NCBI GenBank assembly: GCA_963662795.1 | Contig: OY759746.1 | Coordinates: 64,001 to 128,000 of the forward strand | DNA: 64,000 nt | From: Spirochaetia bacterium | GTDB taxonomy: Bacteria; Spirochaetota; Spirochaetia; CADAEX01 | Direction: 5' to 3' | In this document: positions 48,420-57,788 of the stretch, piece after piece | How the letters are laid out: every line of letters starts with the position of its first letter | How positions within the stretch are numbered: position 1 is the stretch's first letter | Position numbers and translations under genes: made by a program | The notes under the pieces: generated by a model | The model's input: only the letters and a program-made list of their open reading frames with translations | What the model was told of the DNA's origin: nothing | Databases searched by the model: none

Positions 48420-50426
48420 CTATCCATTAAACCCGTGTATTTTTGTCACTACATCTTCAAGTTCAGTCAGAGTCTGATTGAAGCTTGCTTCCTGAATATC
48501 TGTTGACTTCTTTATCGTTTTTTCAGTGTTTTCTGAAAAACTTAAAACTTCCTGGAAAATCTCACCAAGTTTTTGCGAAAGCCCCGCACCTGACCGTATT
48601 GATTCTCCTTCCTTTCTTGAGGAGCGTATAAGTGTGTCTGCAGTTTTCTGAATCTCTTCAATTTTCAAACGTATTTTCTTTGTAGAATCAACAGTATTAT
48701 CAGCAAGTCTCCTGATTTCACCCGCAACAATCTCAAAGCTGCGTCCTGTCTCACCTGCCGAGGCAGCTTCAAGTTCCGCATTAAAGGCAATTATTTTGGT
48801 CTGATCTGTAATAGTTGAAATAATTGAAACTATATCCCAGATACTGCCTATCTGTTCAGCCAGTGTTTTTATGCCTTCAAGTGTAACAGTGCTTGAATTC
48901 TCAATATCCTTCATCTGTTCAATACTTTGTTTAAGGAACACAAAACCGGAATTAACATTTTCCTTAATCTGCCTTGTCAGCATTGCAATCTGCTTCATGG
49001 AGACAAGGTCCTCCCCGTTGTTTTTTAAAGAAGCATCTCCGCTCTCTCCTGTAAGCTGACGTAGTGCATCTGTAAGGTGTTCTGTAGATTCCTTCAGCTG
49101 TTCTATAAGAAGTTTTATCATCTCTTTTCTGCTTGCCCTTTCATAATGAAAACAGTTGGATGGTTTATTGAGATTGTTGAATATCGCGGTTGCCATTGAT
49201 TTACAGTTGCCGTATCCGCAAGCGCCACAGTTGAGAAAATCCTCCTGCCGAAACTTGTGCATTTTATGGTAAAGTATTTCAAGCTCCTGATTTGTAGGTG
49301 TTTTTACTGTATTGGTGCCGGACCTGTCTATATATGAGCGGCTGTATATACCCTTGCGCCAGTATCTTGAAAGAATCCGGTTTATTGCCCTCCTTGAGCC
49401 CCGCAGGCTTCCAAGTGCTTTTTTTAAATACCTGCCTGCCGCTTTTTTATTTCTCTCTTCAATATAATATTCAATTTCATCAAGAGGTTTTTCCCTGTTC
49501 AGCGTTCCAGGTCCGCCGTTACACCCCCGCTCGCAGTTAAGACAGTCAATAAGGGGAGGCGCAAACCTTTTATCAATCATTTCAGGAAGTTCCTTGAGAT
49601 AATCGTAAATTATTCCAGGGCCTTCTATCTTGCGCGTACTCCTGGCAAGAGACGGGAGTTCCCTTGCTACAGTCCGCATAAGCCCTCCGGGCGATGAAAA
49701 AAGAACTCCACGCTCGGCGGCAGGATTATGAAAATCAACTTCCGGATATGAATCAGGATTAATATTCTTTTCCTGAAGATAATTGAAAAGCGAGTTATAG
49801 GTTACGTTATATCCTTTTACACCGGTCGCGTCAAACTCCCGCTTCTTCGCGTAGCATGGTGATAAAATCATTACCTTGTGATTTTTATAGGCCGGATAAT
49901 ACTCATGTATCATTTTGACTGTGTGAAGCATGGGAGAATCTGCCGGGGCAAGATAGGGAAGAAGCTTCGGCTGATATATTTCAAGATATGAGACAATCGC
50001 GGGACACGGCTGCGCAATAACAGTCACAGGTTTTAATTCTTTGACTGCTTCCAGGTATGACCTGACTGTAAGTTCAGCGCCAAAGCTTACATCAAAAAAA
50101 GCCTCAACTCCCATTGACTTGAGCCAGCCGTGGATATTCAGGTAATTACCCGGGAAATTCGCAGCTATCGCAGGCGCTGAAATAGCAACCATTGGCTCTT
50201 TTTTTCCCGAAGCTTCAAGCCAGAGCGGGAAATCATCTATTCCGCTTCTTGCCTGGTGTGTACAGGCCGCTATACAGGAACCGCATCCGATACACAGGTC
50301 AGCGCTGACTTCAACATGATCCTCAAGCGCGTTGTTACAGTATTTTACAGGACAGGCCGCGATACAGGCATGACAATTGACACATTTTTCCGCATTAACT
50401 TCAATAACAGGTGCAAGCTGACTCAT
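48420..50426 (-). CDS. Cytoplasmic MCP with 2x[4Fe-4S] + [FeFe]-hydrogenase-like (group C) + FeS sensor domains
   Basis: [73 protein letters not shown]...C; [19 protein letters not shown]; no TM. Confidence 0.88.
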   Translation of the reverse strand: [668 protein letters not shown]

Positions 50427-52186
50427 TAACAGGTCTCCTCATTCTTTACTTTATAACTCTCAACTATTCCATTAAGCACACCGGCTGTTTCCTCAAGTGT
50501 GTTTGCGGTATCAGCATTTTCATCTATCGTCTGCGCAAATTCACTGATGCCTTCAGATATCTGTCTGAGAGTAATCAATATCTGTTCAAAAGCGTTCATT
50601 TGCTTATTTACAGATTCCCTTATTTCTTCGGTTGATTCGGCTGAAGTTTCAGATGCCTCCAGAATCCTGGTAAAAAGCCCTTCAATTTTCTGCGACATTT
50701 CCCAGGCTTCCTGAATTTTTTCTGAATCATGCTCAGATGACTGGATTAGCCTGTCTGAAGCCTCTTCAATCTCGCTTATTCTGGATTTTATCTCGCCTGT
50801 GGATGCTACTGTATTATCCGCAAGACGGCGTATTTCACTGGCCACAATCTCGAAGTTCTTTCCTGCCTCGCCGGCGGAAGAGGCTTCAAGTGCAGCGTTA
50901 AACGCTATGATTTTAATCTGCCCTGCGATATTGTTGATTATTTTTACAATTTCCCAGATACTGTTAATATGCTCTCCGAGAGTCTTTATCCCTTCAATTG
51001 TCTGGTCATAGGATAATTTTACCTGATCCATTTTTTCGAGGTTCTGCTGAATTGTTGAAAAGCCGTCCCTGACATTTTCCTTTACAGAGACAGACTGATC
51101 AGCCACAAGCTTTACCTGGGAACCAACCTCTTTTGAGAGAACATCAACATCCTCCATTGTGGAAACAACCTCGGTCGCGGCAGCTGCCTGCTCATTGGAA
51201 TATGCTGCATTCTGCTGACTTGAAGCCGCTACCCTTTTTGTTGATTCAATGATTTTAAAACTGGTTTGATGGATATCGCCAAGCAGCTTGTTAAAATTAT
51301 CAAGAATCGCGTTTACATATTCTGCAATTTCTCCAAGCTCATTAAAGTTGAGTATATTTATTCTTTTATCCAGATCTGAAGACTGCCGTGAAAGATCTCT
51401 GACAAGCTCATGTATTGAGCGTATCTGAAGCGTATATTCATAACGTGCCAGAGCCATAAGCCCTGAGGCTGTCGCAATGCATAAGACGCCAAGTCCGAAG
51501 ACAGAAAAATAAAAATCACCTGACAGCACAAATATTTCCCTGTTGGCATAGTAATAAACCACATATGCAAATGATACTGCAATATAAAAGGATGAAAACA
51601 GGACTACCAGGGTATCACGGGATCTTGAAAATCCGTCATACTCGCCTTCGCGGATTTCCTGTATCATCAGCTCTTTTTTTGCTGATATCAGGCTTAAATT
51701 AATAAGTATGGCTGTGTACATGCCTGCCATAACTCCGACTGATACTTTCAGAAGAATGCCGAAGATGTAGGGGATTCCGCTCTCGACTTTAAAGTGATTC
51801 ATCATATAGTAAGCAGAAGTGCCTAAAAACCATGTGCATACCTGAAAAATAAGGATTGTCCATGGAATTCTTATCGCGGCAATCCGCGCCTGCTGATATT
51901 TTTCCCCTTTTTCAAGATACGTAAACAGAGGACGCAGGAATGCAAGTATAATCATATAAAGAATTACAGAAAAAACTATATAAAGGGCTACTACTGCAGG
52001 CTTGAATGTAAAGACAACTCTCTGCGCAAAACTGAATCCCTGCCTGTCAAGCGCATTGTTGAAAACCGCGTTAAGGAACTCACTTAAAAACAGAAAAAAT
52101 CCGAGTATACCGAAATTAATAATACCCAGACGTATCTTTAAATAAGTGTCGATTTTAGACCGGTTTAATTTGTTTGATTGAATCAT
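50426..52186 (-). CDS. Methyl-accepting chemotaxis protein with ~6-TM membrane sensor + HAMP
   Basis: Six hydrophobic segments with short loops, HAMP ([11 protein letters not shown]), MA [17 protein letters not shown]. Confidence 0.88.
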   Translation of the reverse strand: [586 protein letters not shown]

Positions 52187-52313
52187 GAATTATTTCCTTT
52201 TTTAAGAAAGATCACATACAAGTATATCTAAGTATCGCTTTAGCATACTATAAATTCAATTCAGTAAAGTGTATTTTTTTATTATAATAAAAAAAAAATA
52301 TGGAGAGTAAATA

Positions 52314-53180
52314 TTGAATTATACAATTGAAAAACTGCAGACACCTTCCGGAAATGATACTGCAGACATAGAGATGCTGTTTGAAATCTGCAACAATTAC
52401 GATAATACAAATTATTCCTTTGATCCGGATGATGATTTTAAAAAAACGGATGATGCAAATATTTTTTTACTCTATGCGGATGGTTCCCCCGCAGGTGCAG
52501 CTTCAATATTTGCACCTGGAAAAACCGAAGCAGAACTTACAGTTTTAGTAAGCCCTGCATACCGCAGAAATGGAATCTTTACAAAACTGCTGGGAGAAGC
52601 AGAAAAGGAACTAAGAAAACGTGGTATATTTTCAATACTTTTTGTCTGCGACAGGAATTCTGCTTATGGTAAAAAAACTGCTGAAAAAGAGAGCGCGGTA
52701 TTCGAGTTTTCAGAATACATGATGAGGCTTAATAAAAAAATTAAACCGCTTCCCTTGCGGGATAACGGGATTTCACTTGATGAAGCCGCGCCGGAGGATG
52801 CTGCAAAACTGATAGAAATAAACAGCAGTTCTTTTAACAGCGAAAAGGCAGAGACAGAAGAAATTATCATGGAATTTTTCAGCAGCAGCCGCAGAAAACT
52901 CTATGCAATCCGGTATAACGGGGAAACAGCAGGGATGATAGGAATATACAGTGAAAAAACCAGAGCATATATATACGGATTCTGCATTGATAAAAAATAC
53001 CGGGGTATGGGAATAGGAAAAAAAGCTCTTTCAATTACAGTTGAAAAATGCGCAGAACTGTATCCTGGAACAACTGTTGAACTTGAGGTTCAGACTGATA
53101 ATGAAAATGCTCTTCTTCTTTACAGCAAATCAGGTTTTGAAACAGCGGCAGTATTTGATTATTACAGGAAATATATATAA
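52314..53180 (+). CDS. Tandem GNAT acetyltransferase
   Basis: VSPAYRRNGIF and IDKKYRGMGIG acetyl-CoA motifs; NENALLLYSKSGF. Confidence 0.88.
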   Translation: MNYTIEKLQTPSGNDTADIEMLFEICNNYDNTNYSFDPDDDFKKTDDANIFLLYADGSPAGAASIFAPGKTEAELTVLVSPAYRRNGIFTKLLGEAEKELRKRGIFSILFVCDRNSAYGKKTAEKESAVFEFSEYMMRLNKKIKPLPLRDNGISLDEAAPEDAAKLIEINSSSFNSEKAETEEIIMEFFSSSRRKLYAIRYNGETAGMIGIYSEKTRAYIYGFCIDKKYRGMGIGKKALSITVEKCAELYPGTTVELEVQTDNENALLLYSKSGFETAAVFDYYRKYI

Positions 53181-53209
53181 AAAAGGCTGCCTTACTTAAA
53201 AGACAGCCC
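53179..53209 (-). terminator. Terminator of TRAP operon
   Basis: Minus strand GGCTGTCTT...AAGGCAGCC followed by TTTTT. Confidence 0.6.
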
Positions 53210-53219
53210 TATTGACTAT

Positions 53220-54566
53220 TTACCTTACATTGACGATCATTTTTTCGGGGAGCCATGTTATGATTCCGGGAAAAATAACAAGAAGAACAAGAACAAATCC
53301 GACTATTGCTACAAAAGGCAATACCCCGCGTATTATATCCCCCATTTCGAGGTTGTATTCTTTTGGAGCAGTACCTTTGAGAACAAAAATGGACATAGCC
53401 ATCGGAGGTGTCATAAACGCCATCTGAAGGTTAATAACCACCATCATTCCTGCCCAGAGCGGATCAAATCCCAGTTTGGCAAATATTATTGAAAAGATTG
53501 GAACAACGATAAAAACGATTCCTATCCATTCAATAAACATACCCAGCGCAAAGACAATAAGCATGACTACCGCAAAGGATGCCCATTTGCCTCCCGGAAC
53601 CGACAGGATAAGTTCTGCGACAACATCCCCTGCCCCCGCGTTCATAAATATGCCGACAAAGGCATAGGACAGGGCGGCAATCAGGACAACAAACGCGCTG
53701 ACCTTCATCGTTTCAAGACTTGCTGTTTTAAGCATTTTAAAACTGAATTTCCGGTATGCGATTGCGAGGAGAATTGACGCGGTGCACCCGACTGCGGCGG
53801 CTTCTGTCGGAGGAGCTATACCTGAAAATATTGTACCAAGCACTGCGGCAATAAGAAGGACAGGAGGAAGCATGGATTTAAGAAGCTTTAATATTTTTGC
53901 CGGAGTAATAGGCGTCATCTGGTCTGCCGGTATTGCAGGACCAAGTTTTGGATTAATCATGCACCGTATTACAACATAGAGAATATACATGGAAGAAAGG
54001 AGAAGTCCGGGAAATATCGCCCCCATAAACATCTGGCCGATTGAAAGCCCGGCCTGGGGTGCGTAGACAATAAGCATGATACTCGGGGGGATCAGAATTC
54101 CAAGTGTACCCGCGGCTACAATTGAGCCTGAAGCGATACCCCTGTCATACCCCCGGTTAAGCATCGGGCCCAGGGCCATCAGAGTCAGTATTGTAACAGA
54201 TGCGGCGATAACTCCCAGACATGCGGCAAGAATTGTTCCGAAAACTATTGTTACAATGGCAAGCCCGCCTTTAAGCCGCCCGAGAGCGTCATAAAGGTTT
54301 TCATAAAGCTCATTTGTTATCCCTGACTGCTGAAGGATTACACCCATAAAAGTAAAAAGAGGAACAGCAAGGTAAGGGTAATTAAGAGATAGATCGTAAA
54401 ATCTTGTAAACAGGATATGGAATGTAGTGTTTGCTCCGAATACAGCCATACCCACAAGGAATGAGACACTTCCAATTACAAACGCAATTGGAAATCCGGT
54501 TAAAACAAGGACGAATACCCCGCCCAGCATAAGAAGGGCAATAATTTCAGGATTAAGCGTTATCAA
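53220..54566 (-). CDS. dctM: TRAP transporter large permease
   Basis: LAVPLF.FMG, GTLGILIPPS, PTEAAAVG, FMTPP; TTG start after GGAGG. Confidence 0.92.
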   Translation of the reverse strand: MITLNPEIIALLMLGGVFVLVLTGFPIAFVIGSVSFLVGMAVFGANTTFHILFTRFYDLSLNYPYLAVPLFTFMGVILQQSGITNELYENLYDALGRLKGGLAIVTIVFGTILAACLGVIAASVTILTLMALGPMLNRGYDRGIASGSIVAAGTLGILIPPSIMLIVYAPQAGLSIGQMFMGAIFPGLLLSSMYILYVVIRCMINPKLGPAIPADQMTPITPAKILKLLKSMLPPVLLIAAVLGTIFSGIAPPTEAAAVGCTASILLAIAYRKFSFKMLKTASLETMKVSAFVVLIAALSYAFVGIFMNAGAGDVVAELILSVPGGKWASFAVVMLIVFALGMFIEWIGIVFIVVPIFSIIFAKLGFDPLWAGMMVVINLQMAFMTPPMAMSIFVLKGTAPKEYNLEMGDIIRGVLPFVAIVGFVLVLLVIFPGIITWLPEKMIVNVR

Positions 54567-55077
54567 TTGGGGTACCTCCTGCAAATAAATAAACATCACG
54601 TATAAATTTTGCCAGTCCCTGCAACACCAGCAGGAACAGGCCGAGGGTAAAAACAGTCCTGTACGGCCCGGCAGGCGGATACCAGAAACTGTTGAACATT
54701 ACCTCATTGATTTTCCAGGCTTTAATGGTCCATTTTAACGAGTACCAGAACATGACAGTCACAAGGGGGAAAAACAGGAAAAGGGAAGAAATCATATCTA
54801 TCAGGGCCCGGTAACGCGGACTGAATCTGCTGTATATCAGATCCACCCGTGTATGAGCGTTATGAAGATAATCATAAGACGCTCCCAGGAGATACAAAGT
54901 ACCTCCCGCCATACTAAGGGTATCATATGCCCAGATTGTCGGCGAACCGAAAACATGTCTTGAAATTGTCTCGAATGTTCCTGCCGCGACAAGCAGAAGG
55001 GCAAACCATTTCCCGACAGATCCTGCTGTTTCACTTAAATTATCTATAAATTTTAAAACCTTTCTTATGAAAGTCAT
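54553..55077 (-). CDS. dctQ: TRAP transporter small permease
   Basis: SRHVFGSPTIWA, HTRVDL; 4 TM. Confidence 0.9.
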   Translation of the reverse strand: MTFIRKVLKFIDNLSETAGSVGKWFALLLVAAGTFETISRHVFGSPTIWAYDTLSMAGGTLYLLGASYDYLHNAHTRVDLIYSRFSPRYRALIDMISSLFLFFPLVTVMFWYSLKWTIKAWKINEVMFNSFWYPPAGPYRTVFTLGLFLLVLQGLAKFIRDVYLFAGGTPIDNA

Positions 55078-55096
55078 GCCTGGCTCCTTGAGTAGT

Positions 55097-56164
55097 TTAC
55101 TGCATAGCCGCGTATGCAATTCCATAAGCTTTCATGGAATTGTATATTTCACCGAAAATTGGCTTTTCCGATGCTGCTTTTTCTGAATAGAATTTATCTG
55201 CTTCTGCCATTATTGCTTTTTCAATATCAGCAGGAACTTTAAGAACCTTGTTTCCGGCTTTCTTGAAGCTTTCAACCGCTTTTATTGATTCTGCAATCAG
55301 GTATTCATGCTGCAGCATTGTATAGTTTGAAATAACATTTTTAACAATTGCCTGAAGATCTGCAGGAAGCGCATTAAAAGCATCCTTGTTTACAAAAAAC
55401 ACCTGGGGATCGCTGGGGGCTCTTGATGAAGAAATATAAACATAATCCGCTACTTCATTGAAGTGCATTGTCCAGTTGGATGCGAGAGTTGAATATTCAA
55501 AAGCGTCAATTGTTCCCCTCTGCATTGCTTCATAAAGTTCACCGCCGGGCATGATAACTGTAGCAGCGCCGAGTCTTTTAAGGATTTCACCGCCGTCGCC
55601 CATACATCTTGCCTTAAGACCCTTTATGTCAGCCATTGATTTGAGTTCTTTTTTAGAGTGGAAAAAAACTTCTGCGGGAAGAGGTGAAAGAGCTCCGGGA
55701 AAAGTCATTACATTATAGCCTTCCATCATTTTGTTCATGAGATCAGCGCCGCCTGCATAATCAAACCATGAGCGGAGAGCCTCTCCTGCAAGAGCGCCCG
55801 GTCTTGAGCTGATAAGACCTGCAGCAGACCATTTGTCAAGGTTATACATCGGACATGTATAGCCCATCTGTAAAACATCTTCATTAATCGCATCCAATTC
55901 TTTGTATGCCGGAACAATAGATCCGCCGACAAAAGGTTTGACCTCAAGACGTCCGCCTGAAGCTTCAGTTATGGCATTGCATACCATATCATGATAAATC
56001 TGGGAAGGATCAGAAGCTGGTCCATGGCCTGATGATTTCCAGACTATTTTCTCGACAGCAGCTGCCTTATCAGCATCTGCACTCTTTCCTGCAGAACAGG
56101 AAGCCAATACTCCGGCAGTCAGGATTAATGCGATTAATCCGGCTGTCAACAAGTACTTTTTCAT
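55097..56164 (-). CDS. dctP: TRAP substrate-binding lipoprotein (TakP/lactate-monocarboxylate-like)
   Basis: Lipobox LASC; SGGRLEV, KGLKAR, GGELYEAMQRGTIDA.E. Confidence 0.9.
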   Translation of the reverse strand: MKKYLLTAGLIALILTAGVLASCSAGKSADADKAAAVEKIVWKSSGHGPASDPSQIYHDMVCNAITEASGGRLEVKPFVGGSIVPAYKELDAINEDVLQMGYTCPMYNLDKWSAAGLISSRPGALAGEALRSWFDYAGGADLMNKMMEGYNVMTFPGALSPLPAEVFFHSKKELKSMADIKGLKARCMGDGGEILKRLGAATVIMPGGELYEAMQRGTIDAFEYSTLASNWTMHFNEVADYVYISSSRAPSDPQVFFVNKDAFNALPADLQAIVKNVISNYTMLQHEYLIAESIKAVESFKKAGNKVLKVPADIEKAIMAEADKFYSEKAASEKPIFGEIYNSMKAYGIAYAAMQ

Positions 56165-56232
56165 AATACACTCCTTAATGATATTATATTTATAGTCTGC
56201 ACAAAATAAATACAGACCTGATTGATAACTAA

Positions 56233-57060
56233 TCAGAAAATTGTCAGAGAACTGCCTGTACAGTTATAAAAATAACCTGAACTGGAGTTTTCAAGTAATT
56301 TACCGGCTTTCTCCCCGGTACAATGGGATACACCAATAACCTTAATGTTGTTGTTTATAAGATATTCAACAGAAGCATCAGAGGCTTCCTGTGAAGCTTC
56401 GGCGAGGTGGGTTCCTCCGAGTACCGCATATATCGGCTTTTTTAAGCGTAATTTTACTTCTTCAAGCATGTTGCGCATACCGGGGTGAGAGCAGCCCATA
56501 ATTGCAATTAACCCCGGAGGGGTATCAACTACAATCATTACCTCATCATCAAAATCATCATCCACAAAGCCTTCGTGGGTTAGAAGCTTGAATCTTTTAT
56601 TTATTTTTTCATCAGTGTTAACACGTGGAAAAAATCCCAGGACAAACACTCCCGGTACAAGCTCTCTTACAGGTTCAGTCAATTCACTGTAAAGAATATT
56701 TCTTTTTTTTAAAAACTCAGCTGTAAAATTATTGCCTAGATACTCATGTGCTCCGTTCCTCCCGGCATATTTTTCCCTGAAAAAACCCGGTCCTGTCACC
56801 AGTTCAAAACCGGTTGTTACATTAAGCAATTCCCTGAGTCCGCCTGTATGGTCATAATGCCCATGACTTAATACAACACATTCAAGATCAGTAAGATCAA
56901 TCTGCAGCTGATGAGCGTTGTAAATAAAATCTCCTGATTGTCCTGCGTCAAAAAGTATTTTATTTCTCGGCATTTCAATGCATATTGAAAGTCCATGCTC
57001 ATTCCTTAAAGCAAGATGCTCCCCAATGGAATTCTCAATAAGGGTTGTTATTCTGATCAT
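56233..57060 (-). CDS. MBL-fold metallo-hydrolase (COG1237-like)
   Basis: EHGLS, ILFDAG, LSHGHYDHTGG, GCSHPG, GGTHL, HCTG. Confidence 0.9.
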   Translation of the reverse strand: MIRITTLIENSIGEHLALRNEHGLSICIEMPRNKILFDAGQSGDFIYNAHQLQIDLTDLECVVLSHGHYDHTGGLRELLNVTTGFELVTGPGFFREKYAGRNGAHEYLGNNFTAEFLKKRNILYSELTEPVRELVPGVFVLGFFPRVNTDEKINKRFKLLTHEGFVDDDFDDEVMIVVDTPPGLIAIMGCSHPGMRNMLEEVKLRLKKPIYAVLGGTHLAEASQEASDASVEYLINNNIKVIGVSHCTGEKAGKLLENSSSGYFYNCTGSSLTIF

Positions 57061-57764
57061 TGTTTGCCTCCGGATTCAGTGATGTGGCTTCTAATATCCT
57101 TAAGGGCATTTTTAATGTGCTCTTCCATTTTTTTTTCAGCCGCCTTACTGTCATGTGAAATCACGGCATCGACAATAGCGCAATGTTCCTTTATTGTCTT
57201 TTTAATTCTTCCCGGTACATTAAGGCTTGAAATCCACCCCACAGGCAGGGACTGAGTCATTGTTTTCATCATCATATACAGGGTCCGGTTTTTTGCAGCC
57301 TTTGCAAGCTGGAGGTGAAACTTTTCATCAAGATGGATAATTTCAGACGTAGTTCCTGTTTCAGAAAGCAGATTGAATTGTCTGCATATGTCCTTCAATT
57401 TAAGGATATCGTCGTCTTCTGCTTTGGCTGCAGCATATGCTGCAGTCTTGGGATCAATAATCAGCCTTATTTCAAAGTGCTCCTCAAATGAGGCTTCATT
57501 CTTCCGGAGCCAGTCGGCAAAATTCTGATTATTTTTTTCATTCGGGTCAGCAATAAATATCCCTTTCCCATGAATAACATCAACCAGCCCGGAAAGTTCA
57601 AGAATCCGTACTGCTTCGCGGACCGAAGACCGGCTCACACTCAGCAGCCGGGTCAGTTGATTCTCTGAATAGAATTTATCGCCGGTAGAAAAACTTTCTT
57701 CCCTGATCATCTTTTTAATTTCTTCAAACACCTGGTCTGAAAGTCTTGTTTTTGTAATTGCCAG
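57057..57764 (-). CDS. GntR/FadR family transcriptional regulator
   Basis: wHTH SENQL...VSRSSVREA...G.G; FCD domain D..FH...N...EH..I; likely CTG start at 57764 behind AGGAGG (ORF-track ATG at 57800). Confidence 0.9.
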   Translation of the reverse strand: MAITKTRLSDQVFEEIKKMIREESFSTGDKFYSENQLTRLLSVSRSSVREAVRILELSGLVDVIHGKGIFIADPNEKNNQNFADWLRKNEASFEEHFEIRLIIDPKTAAYAAAKAEDDDILKLKDICRQFNLLSETGTTSEIIHLDEKFHLQLAKAAKNRTLYMMMKTMTQSLPVGWISSLNVPGRIKKTIKEHCAIVDAVISHDSKAAEKKMEEHIKNALKDIRSHITESGGKQ

Positions 57765-57788
57765 AAAATTCCTCCTAAACACTTTATG

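Noticed and set aside
52231-52259. Possible promoter for the chemosensory operon (sigma70 TTGAAT-17-GATACT, or sigma28-like TGAA-N15-AGCGATAC)
   Set aside because: Both matches are weak in AT-rich DNA; cannot assign.
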